From Tetramitus jugosus (lineage: Eukaryota > Protista > Heterolobosea), in NCBI GenBank assembly GCA_937625935.1, contig OW569358.1, forward strand, positions 186,001-250,000: a DNA stretch of 64,000 nt, in the 5' to 3' direction. The position numbers and the translations under genes are program-made. Below are positions 55,286-64,000 of this stretch, one piece after another. Every line of letters starts with the position of its first letter. Position 1 is the first letter of the stretch. A model generated the notes under the pieces. The model saw nothing but the letters and a program-made list of their open reading frames with translations, did no database searches and was not told the origin of the DNA.

Positions 55286-55894
55286 CTAGCGCCTTGTGTC
55301 AACACGATGTGGTACACCTTTGAACTTTTGCATCTTAAATAAGTCGACCGTATTCTCACTCAATGACGAAGGCTCATAAAATGGATTCATTGGATTACCT
55401 GCTTTTTTGTCTCCTGTGTTTTTGGTTGTATTTCTGTTCTTTAATGCTTCCATCTTCTCTTTCCTTTGCTTTTCCTTATGCTTCCTTTCCAGGAACTCAA
55501 CCTCTTTTTCTCTCACCCAATCCTCCTCAAATCTATTCTGGACTAAATCTGAAGCTGTATCTCCATATTTTGTACTTACTCCATACGAATGGGCTTCATC
55601 TCTCTGTGAAGGTAAAAAGCTAAGATCAAATTTCTTTCTTCCACGAGAGGAACTGCTACTTCTGCTCTGAGATTTAGGGTGAATTTTTGAGTTCTTTCCG
55701 TCAAATTCCTTCCAAGTGAATACTACTTCCTTGCATCCCTCCTTGTCCCATCCACTCTTCTTGCCAAACACAAGGTCTGGGACAGTATGAAGAGAGTGTT
55801 TTACTTTCCCGATATCATCCCGGTACAGAAGAATGTTGTTCTGGTACCTTTTCTGGGGAGCCAGAGTGAATTTTGTAGCTTCGCACAGTGTCAT
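55286..55894 (-). CDS. CFAP77-like microtubule inner protein
   Basis: N.LLYRDDIGKVK, FGKK....EGCKEVVFTW, SYG, DLVQNRF..DW, FKM.KFK.V pattern. Confidence 0.7.
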   Translation of the reverse strand: MTLCEATKFTLAPQKRYQNNILLYRDDIGKVKHSLHTVPDLVFGKKSGWDKEGCKEVVFTWKEFDGKNSKIHPKSQSRSSSSSRGRKKFDLSFLPSQRDEAHSYGVSTKYGDTASDLVQNRFEEDWVREKEVEFLERKHKEKQRKEKMEALKNRNTTKNTGDKKAGNPMNPFYEPSSLSENTVDLFKMQKFKGVPHRVDTRR

Positions 55895-56382
55895 GTATTG
55901 ATTGAAGCTTGTCTTGTTTTCTTCAAGCGAATGTAAATGCTTGTTTCCGTTAACGTCTCGAGTTACTCCGCATTAAACTACGGAGTTGCATGAACCAATT
56001 CTGCGTTTTTAGTTTTGGTTGAAGAACATTTAAAGTTTGTTTGAATGGCTTTTATTGACCTCGAGAAATTCGCGACTCTTGCTGCAGGGAATACTCTAGC
56101 CCTGCAAAACCTCTGCGACATTTTCATCTGAAGATCCTTGCTCTGGTCTTCTGATTGGACAGTTACATCTGATGATGCCCTCTCTTCGACCCAATCATTC
56201 AGTCCTGTGTTGAGATCGGGATGCAACATTTTCTTTCGTCAGCTATTTTTGCCTCACAAAAAAACAGACACAGATGACATTCTGGCCAGCAGAAACAACT
56301 CGTACAGATAGAAGGTGTTCTCATTTTCCTTTGTCTATTCATCATCGTATTTAGTGCCTACAGAACGAGCAGATCTCAAACC

Positions 56383-57819
56383 ATGCCATCCCAAAAATTG
56401 CCACAATTCCCATCCAACTTCATCTTTGGAGCTGCAACAGCAGCGTATCAAATTGAAGGAGCCAATAATGAAGATGGTCGAGGAATGAGTATCTGGGACA
56501 CCTTTTCTCACATGCCTGGCAAGGTATTCCGTGGAGACACTGGGGATGTGGCAGATGATCACTACCATCGGGTCCCAGAAGATGTTCAACTCGCAAAGAA
56601 GATGAATCTAAAGAACTATAGAATGTCACTCTCTTGGTCAAGGATCATGTCTGACGGAACAAAGAAAACTTTGAATCAGAAGGGAATTGATCACTATAGT
56701 CGAGAGATTGATGCTTGGAATGACGCTGGTATCGATGTCTACGTTACGTTGTACCACTGGGATCTACCTCAACATCTTGAAGATGAGTATGGCGGATGGT
56801 TGAATCAAACAGCAATGGTTCAATTCTTTACTGAATATGCTGACGTTTGCTTTGAATTATTCGGAGATCGAGTTAAGCACTGGATGACATTTAATGAACC
56901 TTGGGTGACATCTGTACTCGCATATGGTGTCGGAGTCAATGCTCCTGGTAGATGCACTACTTGTGATAGTGGAAACAGTGCAACAGAGCCTTACATTGTC
57001 GGGCACAACCAACTGTTGGCACATGCTCATGCAGTTGATCTCTATAGAAACAAGTATCAATCCTATCAGCGAGGATTGATTGGCATTGTATTAAACTCTG
57101 ACTATCTGGAACCCTTTTCTTCCAAGAAAGAAGATGTTGAGGCGGCTCAAAGACATCAAGAATTCTTCCTTGGTTGGTTCGGCGATCCAGTTTTCTTTGG
57201 TGACTATCCACAAGTAATGAAGGATCGGGTTGGAGATAGATTGCCCACCTTTTCCTCGACTGAGAAGATTCTTCTCAGGAATTCATTGGACTTTCTGGGG
57301 ATTAACCATTACACAAGTCAGTATGTTTCAAACAACCCAGACAGCGAAGCAAACAAAGATTATTTCAATGATATTGGAACAACAACCAAGTTCGAAGACA
57401 ATAAGGGTAATCTAATTGGTTCTCCATCCGATGCAAAATGGCTCTATGTGGTTCCTTGGGGGATTCGAAAGTTGATGAATTGGATTAAGCTACGATACAA
57501 CAATCCAATCGTTTTCATCACTGAAAACGGAGTGCCTGTCCCAGAAGAGGATAGTATGAAGTTGGAAGACGCGATTGACGATGATTATCGTATTGATTAT
57601 CTTCACAAGTACTTAACTCAACTCTCTACGGCCATTAATGACGACAAGTGTAACGTGCAGGGATATTTTGTTTGGAGTTTGTTGGACAACTTTGAGTGGG
57701 CAGATGGATATAGCAAGAGATTTGGAATACATTACGTCGATTACAAGGATCCGGAACTGAAGAGATATCCAAAGAAGTCATCTGTGTGGTACTCTGAACT
57801 GATCAAAACATACAAATAA
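56383..57819 (+). CDS. Glycoside hydrolase family 1 beta-glucosidase
   Basis: FGAATAAYQIEGA, TLYHWDLP, TFNEP (acid/base), ITENG (nucleophile), WSLLDNFEW. Confidence 0.96.
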   Translation: MPSQKLPQFPSNFIFGAATAAYQIEGANNEDGRGMSIWDTFSHMPGKVFRGDTGDVADDHYHRVPEDVQLAKKMNLKNYRMSLSWSRIMSDGTKKTLNQKGIDHYSREIDAWNDAGIDVYVTLYHWDLPQHLEDEYGGWLNQTAMVQFFTEYADVCFELFGDRVKHWMTFNEPWVTSVLAYGVGVNAPGRCTTCDSGNSATEPYIVGHNQLLAHAHAVDLYRNKYQSYQRGLIGIVLNSDYLEPFSSKKEDVEAAQRHQEFFLGWFGDPVFFGDYPQVMKDRVGDRLPTFSSTEKILLRNSLDFLGINHYTSQYVSNNPDSEANKDYFNDIGTTTKFEDNKGNLIGSPSDAKWLYVVPWGIRKLMNWIKLRYNNPIVFITENGVPVPEEDSMKLEDAIDDDYRIDYLHKYLTQLSTAINDDKCNVQGYFVWSLLDNFEWADGYSKRFGIHYVDYKDPELKRYPKKSSVWYSELIKTYK

Positions 57820-57832
57820 ACTCAGCATTTAT

Positions 57833-58141
57833 TTACAAGACGAGGAAAGTGGGGAAAATTTCTCTGACATTACCACTGTTGGACTCCACGAGTCTTAAGT
57901 TATCCCCATAACGATTCGTGATCAAGTCGAGATCATCCACATCCACTTGTGAATTCGTAGACTTGTCGAATGCAAACAGACGAGAATGAGGAACTGCAAC
58001 CTTTGCTTTGAGATCCGATCCAATCATCTGATCATCAAAATCCTTCTCTGAGATGCCAGATCCATTGACAATGACTGTCACTCTGTGAATATTGGTAGCT
58101 GCTCCAGCTCCAATGGTTAATTGTTGGTCTTGTTCTTGCAT
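57833..58141 (-). CDS. Small hypothetical protein (~102 aa)
   Basis: Open frame with globular composition, ATG after an A/C-rich leader, convergent with GH1. Confidence 0.5.
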   Translation of the reverse strand: MQEQDQQLTIGAGAATNIHRVTVIVNGSGISEKDFDDQMIGSDLKAKVAVPHSRLFAFDKSTNSQVDVDDLDLITNRYGDNLRLVESNSGNVREIFPTFLVL

Positions 58142-58309
58142 AATGTCTGGAGGATTCTTCGCTGAGTTGTTTGTTTTGTGAAGTGTTTCGCGATCACGGA
58201 ACACTAAAATACAATCAACTTTCGCCAGACTACAAATGTTGTCGGAACAGGTTTTGAGATGACAATACTTTATTCAAGGGTAGTCGGTCCCATGACACAT
58301 CCACAGACT

Positions 58310-61300
58310 TTAAAACGATCGAGTTGATGTGCTTTCATCGGATGTTGTTGTAGAAGTTGTTTCTAGGTTGACCTCTATATCTGGACTCTTCCCAGAACGT
58401 CTCCGCCTCTGGTAGAATAACATGTAGGCTGTGTTCGAAACGAGGGAAGAGGCAGGCACTTGATTACAAGATGAATCATTGAAACTGTACCAATTTCCGT
58501 CACACCGATTCTTGGCATGAGCAATGTAGTGACCACCACCCAGCGATCCCATGTGGTTACTCACAGCATATAAATCATACAATAGAGGTTCGTTCGAATC
58601 CCTTACCATAAACCGACCCAAGTCCATTCTCTCGATTGGAAAATCCACAAACTTGTCGAGCCGTTCTCTAAAGTTTCGAGTGTACACAAATCTCTTCAGG
58701 TGAATACACAATATCTCTGGAGCAGACCAAATCTCAAACTTTTTGTAGGCTTGCTTTAACTCTCTGCAGTTAGGACAGTACCATGGATCATTCGGTCCCA
58801 GTTGTTCGACTTCTGAAAAAGTAGACAAGCAGTCCTCTAATGTTATTTGACGGTGGATCCGTTGGCGACATTCATTTACTGAGGGATCAAGGTTCACAGT
58901 CATCGATTCCTTATGATTGATATCTGACACATTGTGCCAATCAACTGTTAGAGTATGCTCCATCGCTAATTGACAAACAGTGTCATCACATGGAAGTCGA
59001 CAACCAGTGCATGTTGTTCTGTCGCTACATTCCACTGCACCACATCGCTCCCCTCGTGGATCAGTGATAAATAATGAGAAAAGGCGATTTGTTGGATCGA
59101 ATGGGATGAGATTCGCTGGCTCTTGCATGTTCTCCGGATTGTTGACATTTGCTGTCGTATACCTCTGGATATGACTCCACACGATCTCATAGATCTGATG
59201 AGCCTTCCGTTCAGGGGATAGAAATAGATAAATAGGGATGGCACAGGGTCGTTTTTTAGTGGGATCTTCAGCGTCTGGGTGTACTTGTGTCACCCTCACT
59301 CTCACACACTTCTGTTCCAAGACATGTTTTGGAAGATTAAAGCACAAGATTTGTTTCTTTCGACTCACATAACTAATGGGTGTACCATCGTGAATCATTT
59401 GATCAATCGTGTTGCCTATCATATCTGCGAACAATAACCGTCTGCTGTCAAAGTTAAACTCGTCAGCAAATTTTTGACGCAACACACCTGCAGTATGATT
59501 TGATGATATCTCTATGCAGTATTTCTTAGGTCTGAGAGTAACATCTTCAACCATGATGATGTTAATAATAACAGTTGATGTGTGCGGAATGGGTACCGAG
59601 AGATACATGAAGGGATCAAATTTGATGCTAATACGACTACAATCGGGACATGTCAGAGTGGATTTTAGCTGACCTTGAAAGAGATCGACAATTATTGATT
59701 GATTACGTAGCAAGTGATGTCTCCATGCTTCCTCAGCTACAATTTCATCTGCTCTTTCATTGGCTTCTTGCAACTCCACCATTGGTTTGTTTCTGACTCG
59801 ATTCAAATCTTCGTGCAAGCCATCCAATAAATATGCTGTGAGCTCCTGTGCATCGTGTTGCGCAAATCCAGAGAATTGTGGAGCGAACTGGCCAATTGCA
59901 TGTTTGAAACTCAGTGGAGCAACAACGACAGAACCGCTCCACATATCTTTCATTAAGGAAGCAAACTCTTTTGCTAGCTTTCCCTTGGAACCTAATGGGT
60001 TAACCTTGTTAACATCATTGACATAGGAACCGGACAAGAAATAGTCATTGAGAGGTTGAGTGTTGCTCAAGCATTGTAGTGCACTGTTCATGAAGCAAGT
60101 GTTTCCCAGATTCCGTAGTCCACAGAGACCAACCTTCTTATTCTTTTCATAGGAAACTGGTGTTGTGATAGGTGTTCGAACCTTGGGTGCTCGATCAATG
60201 AATTTGCTCTTGACATCACTTAGGAACTTTAATGCCATCTTGCGCTTCTTTTTGCTCGATGATGAAGATCCACTGGTATCACTGCTCGAACTATCGTCAT
60301 CTGCTCCCACAGATTTCGTGTCGGGTTCCACCACCATCTCTGTCACTTTCTTCTGATCCATGTGCTGCTGCTGATGGAGTCGATCGAGTGGCCACACATC
60401 ATTAATCGGTATCTCGAACAATATTCTCTGATCAGTCACCAACAGTGCATCTTCCAGTGTCATGTTCATCTTTAGATTGTCCATCAATGAAGCAGTACCA
60501 GTTAAAAAGTTCCACACTCGCACATGACGCTGCAAATGACCCTTCAAGTCCATCTCTGCTGCCATCCGAGTCTTCTTGCTCTCACTCAAGTATAGCTCCA
60601 GTGCCCAATATCCAATACATCTCAAATCACACAAAAGTGTCTTCTTACTGATGAGCACATGTGGAATGGAGGTGCTGTCCGTGTCGGGTCTCCCTGTCTG
60701 TGGATGAATTCGAATCAAATGCAACAAATAAGGATACAACTCGATTCGCTTCACACTATTGTTGCGTCCACCATCAATCACAACTCTTCGCTCAATGGTC
60801 GATTGTTCCTGATGGCCACAGCATCCAAACACATTGACCAACAAGTGCCACAAATCACTGGAAACATACTTGAAATCAACTTCCTCTTGCAAATTCGGTT
60901 TGAGAGCCACACTGTACACATGAGAGTCACTCGATGCTTTTTCATTCTTGTTCAACAATGGTTTCCAACATTGCGTCTTTTGTTCCGCATCATCCGCATC
61001 ATTACTTGTTTTTTCTCCATTGGTGACACCTGTTGTTGTAGTAGTAGTAGCGGTAGTAGTGGTAGTAGTAGGCATAATGACATCAATTGACTTTGGAAGA
61101 TATTGACTCGTAATGTGAACAGATGAATCAATAATGTCTGATTGATCAATCTGCATCGATTCATTCCACTCGACAATATTTGAATCATCATCATCAACAA
61201 CACTTGTATCATCATTCAAGTACTTTTGACAACGTTCAATCCACACTGACTGTATCCATTTCATGGACAACACATACCACACATCACCTGCTCTCAGCTC

Positions 61301-61759
61301 TGATATTTCTCCGTCTTGAATAAATGCTTTTTGAATGGTGGAGATGGGAATGGTGGTTCTACAAGTTGATGCAGAGTGACGATGATGGCCATTTGTACCA
61401 TTGTGATGATGATTGTCACCTGTGTTCCTTGTTGTTGTTGTTGTTATTGTATTGTGAGTGTTGTTGTTGTTGTTGAAATGGCCATCATGATCGTTGGAAT
61501 GGAAATGAGTGTGTTGTTGAGAGACATTGATGTGATTGGTGGTGTCGTGTGGCGATGATGCTGTGTCATTCTTGTTCTTGTTCTTGTTGTTGTTGTGATT
61601 GATGAATGATTGTTGTTCTAGTTGTTGTTGTTGTTGCATGGAATCAGTATCACCACTCGATGCAACCATCACGTCGCTGCTCTGTGAAGAAATCTTGTTT
61701 GTGTCGGTGTCGATTGATGTCGTGCTGAAATGTATTGCTATTGCTTCTTCCTGTGTCAT
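58310..61759 (-). CDS. Ubiquitin-specific protease, USP4/11/15 type (DUSP-UBL-USP)
   Basis: DUSP WYVLSMKW; Cys box GLRNLGNTCFMNSALQC; QHDAQE; WYCP.C; LKRF; His box NHMG..GGGHY. Confidence 0.95.
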   Translation of the reverse strand: MTQEEAIAIHFSTTSIDTDTNKISSQSSDVMVASSGDTDSMQQQQQLEQQSFINHNNNKNKNKNDTASSPHDTTNHINVSQQHTHFHSNDHDGHFNNNNNTHNTITTTTTRNTGDNHHHNGTNGHHRHSASTCRTTIPISTIQKAFIQDGEISELRAGDVWYVLSMKWIQSVWIERCQKYLNDDTSVVDDDDSNIVEWNESMQIDQSDIIDSSVHITSQYLPKSIDVIMPTTTTTTATTTTTTGVTNGEKTSNDADDAEQKTQCWKPLLNKNEKASSDSHVYSVALKPNLQEEVDFKYVSSDLWHLLVNVFGCCGHQEQSTIERRVVIDGGRNNSVKRIELYPYLLHLIRIHPQTGRPDTDSTSIPHVLISKKTLLCDLRCIGYWALELYLSESKKTRMAAEMDLKGHLQRHVRVWNFLTGTASLMDNLKMNMTLEDALLVTDQRILFEIPINDVWPLDRLHQQQHMDQKKVTEMVVEPDTKSVGADDDSSSSDTSGSSSSSKKKRKMALKFLSDVKSKFIDRAPKVRTPITTPVSYEKNKKVGLCGLRNLGNTCFMNSALQCLSNTQPLNDYFLSGSYVNDVNKVNPLGSKGKLAKEFASLMKDMWSGSVVVAPLSFKHAIGQFAPQFSGFAQHDAQELTAYLLDGLHEDLNRVRNKPMVELQEANERADEIVAEEAWRHHLLRNQSIIVDLFQGQLKSTLTCPDCSRISIKFDPFMYLSVPIPHTSTVIINIIMVEDVTLRPKKYCIEISSNHTAGVLRQKFADEFNFDSRRLLFADMIGNTIDQMIHDGTPISYVSRKKQILCFNLPKHVLEQKCVRVRVTQVHPDAEDPTKKRPCAIPIYLFLSPERKAHQIYEIVWSHIQRYTTANVNNPENMQEPANLIPFDPTNRLFSLFITDPRGERCGAVECSDRTTCTGCRLPCDDTVCQLAMEHTLTVDWHNVSDINHKESMTVNLDPSVNECRQRIHRQITLEDCLSTFSEVEQLGPNDPWYCPNCRELKQAYKKFEIWSAPEILCIHLKRFVYTRNFRERLDKFVDFPIERMDLGRFMVRDSNEPLLYDLYAVSNHMGSLGGGHYIAHAKNRCDGNWYSFNDSSCNQVPASSLVSNTAYMLFYQRRRRSGKSPDIEVNLETTSTTTSDESTSTRSF

Positions 61760-61971
61760 CGATTCTTCTTGAGGAACATAAAATGAACGTGGCGAAATTC
61801 ACCTGAACGCTTCCGTTTCTTTTCGCGAACTCGTATTTTTGACAATGTGAAGTTGTCTAAAAAAAACAATCAGGGAATACAACGTTGGGGAATACAAACA
61901 CTCAAATACAAGAAAAGGAGGGACAAAAGTTGGAAAGCCGAATGGTTGGCTCGCACCCAAAACTTTAAAAA

Positions 61972-62044
61972 CTCCCATACCGGGACTCGAACCCGGGTCT
62001 CATGGGTGAGAGCCATGTATCCTAACCAACTAGACTATATGGGA
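61972..62044 (-). tRNA. tRNA-Glu (CTC), intronless
   Basis: TCCCATA-TA-GTCTAGTTGGTTAGGAT-A-CATGG-CTCTCAC-CCATG-AGAC-CCGGG-TTCGAGT-CCCGG-TATGGGA-G cloverleaf; TTTTT terminator immediately after. Confidence 0.96.
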
Positions 62045-62100
62045 CATACAAGTTGTGCCCAAACCCGATATTTTGGCCTTAGTTCAAGCTCCGAAAAATT

Positions 62101-62410
62101 ATGTCCTTGTCGTTTTCTTCATCCACGACTTTTCGAGGCCATTTTTGTTGTTGTTTGGATCCTCATGGCAGAGATGGACAGGAGAAAGGGTGAAATTGTG
62201 ACACCAGTTTTTAGTTATTACCAAGGTCGAGTCTTGCTTGACCCTATAGTCTATGGATGAGTTACAGAGGTCACTTGACACAGAGTCCTGTGATGTCTGC
62301 CTCACGATTGCCAGAGACAGAACTGCTGAGAAACAACTGGGAGGTCATTCGTGATGAAGCTTTCCACCTGTACAGCAATGGACTGACAACCACAATCGGA
62401 CATGTGCCAT
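62101..62410 (+). pseudogene. Frameshifted 5' relic of an LpxO/aspartyl-asparaginyl beta-hydroxylase-like gene
   Basis: TM-like AIFVVVWILMAEMDRRKG in one frame, then LPETELLRNNWEVIRDEA in another; no catalytic domain follows. Confidence 0.5.
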
Positions 62411-62547
62411 CTTTACACACGGGCCACGTGTTCACAATCCCCAACAGCGAGTTATTCTGTTTGAATCACTCACTAACTTTGTGTCTTCTGAAAAAACATC
62501 TCATTTTAATTTTTAACTCACACTCACTCAGCCATTTTATTACTACC

Positions 62548-63803
62548 ATGAGGCGTAAATTCAATATCCTGCTGTTTGCAGTCTTAATTTTCTGCGCAAT
62601 TGCTCTGGCCAAAAAATCGTCTGTCGAACTTACCAACAACAGGTCAGCAAAAGCAATGGCCAATCCATTTTCTGATTCTCTGTTCACAAGTCTGCTGCTG
62701 AATGACACATCACACACCAACTTGTTCATTTCGGGTGTGTCTGTCTTTGTTGCATTGCTGATGGCTGCAAACGGTGCCCAAGGCAATACTCTGAGTGAAA
62801 TGGTGGCTGTTTTATCCGGAAACACAGTCGGTCAGCAGCAGCAGCAGCACTCATCTCTACAAGAATTGAACGAGTGGTACCTGAAGACAATGGTTGTGGA
62901 TGGAGCTCTATCAAAGAACAATGTCGAATTGGCCAATGGTGTCTTCATTCAGGAGGGAATGAATTTGGAGCCGTCCTATGTGGATTGCTTGATGAAGGCT
63001 GAAGGTTCATTTGCAACCACGTGTCAATCACTAGACTTTAGCAATCCAGAGAGTGTGCAAGTGGTGAACAAGTGGGTTCAAGAGGCAACACACGACAAGA
63101 TTCAAAATATCTTACGTGCTCCCTTGTTTTCTGATGATTTGACTCGGATGGTGCTCGTCAATGCCATCTATTTCAAGAAGAGTTGGAAGCATCAGTTTGA
63201 CAAGAATCTCACCAAGCCAGACTTGTTCTTCAAGACGGCACAGCACTCTGTTAATGTACCAATGATGAAAATGAAACAAAAGGAGTTTCAATATGGTGAG
63301 GACTCATTCGCAAAATGGGTGCACCTGCCATATCAGGGAGACGAATGTGAAATGATTGTTGTTCTGCCTTTGAAATCATTTGCACTTCAATCAGTCAAGG
63401 ACAATCTGCAATCTATTGACTTTAATGGCTCAACAAGGAAAGAGATTAGCATTTTAGCGTTGCCAAAGTTTAAAGTGGAGTCGGACCTTTCTATGAAGGA
63501 GACCCTGATTCAGATGGGTATGGTTTCTCCTTTCGATGATTGTGCAGACTTTGGTGCCATTTGCCGGTCAACCAACTTGCATATTGACCAGGTCATTCAT
63601 AAGACATTTGTGGTAGTAGATGAAGAAGGGACTGAAGCTGCTGCAGCCACAGTTGTCAGGTTCGAAACCAGGGGGCGGTCTCTAAATCATTGGAGTTTAT
63701 TGTGAACGAGCCATTCTTGTTCTTCATTCGGCACATTCCCTCTGGTGTTGTTGTGTTCCAAGGACAGATATCTGAGCCAAAAGGTCCAGAGTCAAAATTG
63801 TAA
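62548..63803 (+). CDS. Serpin with signal peptide; frame broken at G5 (63671-63675)
   Basis: NLFIS, GAQGNT..EM, VNKWV..AT..KI, LVNAIYFK..W, LPKFKV, HKTFV.VDEEGTEAAAAT hinge; the terminal signature FIVNEPFLFFIRH...FQGQI..P lies in the -1 frame ending at TAA 63801-63803. Confidence 0.92.
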
Positions 63804-63876
63804 ACATGAATTTCTCGAAGAATTATGTTGTTGTTGTTGATGATGCATACGAGAAAAGAAGTGAGTCATATCGTTA

Positions 63877-63999
63877 CTCATCTGTTGCAATAAATGAGTC
63901 CAGGAGGTCATGAAAAGAGCTACTGATTAGGTGATTGATAGCTCTAAATGATGAAGCATATTTATTGTTCAGAGTATCAGATGTGAACAGCGAGCAACA
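63877..63999 (-). CDS. Probable 3' end of a gene running off the window
   Basis: Open frame from the window edge ending ...DLLDSFIATDE-TAA, convergent with the serpin. Confidence 0.35.
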
Positions 64000-64000
64000 G

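Noticed and set aside
55978-56229. 83-aa ORF between CFAP77-like and GH1
   Set aside because: Reasonable start context but no motif or other support; left uncalled.
61847-62260. 137-aa ORF
   Set aside because: Runs antisense through tRNA-Glu; only its last third resembles protein (the relic).
62257-62547. N-terminal extension of the serpin as given by the ORF track
   Set aside because: It precedes a clear signal-peptide Met at 62548 and consists of a pseudogene relic plus promoter-like sequence.
63940-64000. C/D snoRNA starting at ATGATGA
   Set aside because: No D box within the window, and the region is open as a coding frame on the minus strand.

Overview
Gene-dense eukaryotic nuclear DNA (standard genetic code, short GT-AG introns mostly with GTATGT/GTATGA donors, very short intergenic gaps, many poly-Q/N/S/T tracts). 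Axonemal genes (PACRG, CFAP298, CFAP77-like, TTLL) together with a type II secretion pseudopilin (GspG) point to a free-living flagellate or amoeboflagellate, most plausibly a Naegleria-like heterolobosean (inference). About 40 protein genes, tRNA-His(GTG), tRNA-Glu(CTC) and a single dispersed 5S rRNA gene are supported. Highlights: (1) a ~143-bp poly(A)-tailed insertion with a 15-16-bp target-site duplication, 47 nt upstream of and divergent from tRNA-His, the geometry of Dictyostelium TRE5-type tRNA-targeting retroelements; (2) a nucleus-encoded GspG pseudopilin of the rare mitochondrial T2SS-derived system; (3) several bacterial- or phage-type genes (phage-like 2H phosphoesterase, AnmK, KynB, FZL/bacterial dynamin-like GTPase with a mitochondrial-type presequence); (4) a serpin broken at a G5 run whose restored form has both a signal peptide and a C-terminal SKL; (5) a catalytically degenerate membrane purple acid phosphatase, a 32-nt intron and an LpxO/AspH-like gene relic. 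All family calls come from motif recognition by eye; no database searches were run.
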